Assembly: GCF_963921235.1 (NCBI RefSeq)
Contig: NC_086097.1
Location: 107,882,001 to 107,946,000 of the forward strand
DNA: 64,000 nucleotides
Reading direction: 5' to 3'
From: Mobula hypostoma
Taxonomy: Eukaryota
The translations under genes and the position numbers were made by a program. The notes below the pieces were generated by a model, which was not told the DNA's origin, did not search any database, and saw only the letters and a program-made list of their open reading frames with translations. The first letter of the stretch is position 1; the number at the start of each line of letters is the position of its first letter. This document shows positions 62,481 through 64,000 of the stretch, in pieces.

Positions 62481-64000
62481 GCAGGGATGTGGACTACAAA
62501 TTACAACTGGAAATAGAAAAGGCTTGCCAGAAGGGCAGTGTTATGATAATTGTGGGGGATTTTAACATGCGAGTAGATTGGGAAAATCAGGTCAGCACTG
62601 GATCTCAAGAGAGAGAATTTGTAGAATGTCTGCGAGATGGCTTTTTAGAACAGCTTGTTGTTGAGCCCACTAGGGGATCGGCTGTACTGGATTGGGTATT
62701 GTGTAATGAACCGGAGGTGATTGGAGAGATTGAGGTGAAGGAACCCTTAGGAGGCAGCGATCATAACATGATTGAGTCCACTGTGAAATTAGAAAAAGAG
62801 AAGCCGAAATCTGATGTGTCGGTATTTCAGTGGAGTAAAGGAAATTACAGTGGCATGAGAGAGGAACTGGCCAAAGTTGACTGGAAAGGGACACTGGCGG
62901 GAAAGACAGCAGAGCAGCAGTGGCTGGAGTTTATGCGAGAAATGAGGAATGTGCAAGACAGGTATATTCCAAAAAAGAAGAAATTTTCGAGTGGAAAAAG
63001 GATGCAACCGTGGTTGACAAGAGAAGTCAAAGCCAAAGTTAAAGCAAAAGAGAGGGCATACAGGGAAGCAAAAATTAGTGGGAAGAGAGAGGATTGGGAA
63101 GTTTTTAAAACCTTACAAAAGGAAACCAAGAAGGTCATTAAAAGAGAAAAAATTAACTATGAATGGAAGCTAGCAAATAATATCGAAGAGGATACTAAAA
63201 GCTTTTTCAAGTATATAAAGAGTAAAAGACAGGTGAGAGTAGATATAGGACTGATAGAAAATGATGCTGGAGAAATTGTAATGGGAGATAAGGAGATGGC
63301 AGAGGAACTGAACAAGTATTTTGCATCAGTCTTCACTGAGGAAGACAGCAGTATACCGGACACTCAAGGGTGGCAGGGAAGAGAAGTGTGCGCAGTCACA
63401 ATTACGACAGAGAAAGTACTCAGGAAGCTGAATAGGCTAAAGGTAGATAAATCTCCTGGACCAGATGGAATGCACCCTCGTGTTCTGAAGGAAGTAGCTG
63501 TGGAGATTGCAGAGGCATTAGTGATGATCTTTCAAAAGTCGATAGATTCTGGCATGGTTCCGGAGGACTGGAAGATTGCAAATGTCACTGCGCTATTTAA
63601 GAAGGGGGCAAGGAAGCAAAAAGGAAATTATAGACCTGTTAGCTTGACATCTGTGGTTGGGAAGTTGTTGGAGTCGATTGTCAAGGATGAGGTTACAGAG
63701 TACCTGGAGGCATATAACAAGATAGGCAGAACTCAGCATGGATTCCTTAAAGGAAAATCCTGCCTGACAAACCTATTACAATTTTTTGAGGAAATTACCA
63801 GTAGGCTAGACAAGGGAGATGCAGTGGATGTTGTATATTTGGATTTTCAGAAGGCCTTTGACAAGGTGCCACACATGAGGCTACTTAACAAGATAAGAGC
63901 CCATGGAATTACAGGAAAGTTACATACGTGGATAGAGCGTTGGTTGATTGGCAGGAAACAGAGAGTGGGAATAAAGGGATCCTACTCTGGTTGGCTGCTG
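62481..64000 (+). mobile_element. Young 5'-truncated CR1, ORF2 apparently open to the window edge
   Basis: GDFN, SDHN, KSPGPDG, NYRPVSLTS, QHGF, DFQKAFDKVPH. No plus-strand ORF is listed here, consistent with a frame that has no stop before the window ends. Confidence 0.88.

Overview
This is vertebrate genomic DNA, not prokaryotic. HE1/V-SINE-type SINEs, esterase-ORF1 CR1 LINEs, Rex1/Babar and Neptune-type Penelope elements point to a cartilaginous fish, probably a ray or skate (inference). The window lies inside one minus-strand host gene. I found three spliced exons (56365-56249, 53276-53202, 22587-22449) that the ORF track does not recover as a gene. They join in frame into an alpha/beta-hydrolase-fold fragment whose nucleophile elbow reads G-S-E-L-G instead of G-x-S-x-G. 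The rest is intron, densely filled with transposons: two full-length L1s with target-site duplications (TSDs), a full-length CR1 and many partial ones (including a three-level CR1>CR1>L1 nest), two related solo LTRs, Penelope-like elements carrying minimal hammerhead ribozymes in inverted structures, a HERO-type fragment, Rex1/Babar fragments, a hAT-like deletion derivative with a 6-bp TSD, Tc1-type MITEs and tRNA-derived SINEs. There is no CRISPR array, operon or clearly new multi-gene system. The best leads are the non-canonical hydrolase and the ribozyme-bearing palindromic Penelope insertions. All family assignments come from motif recognition by eye; no database searches were run.
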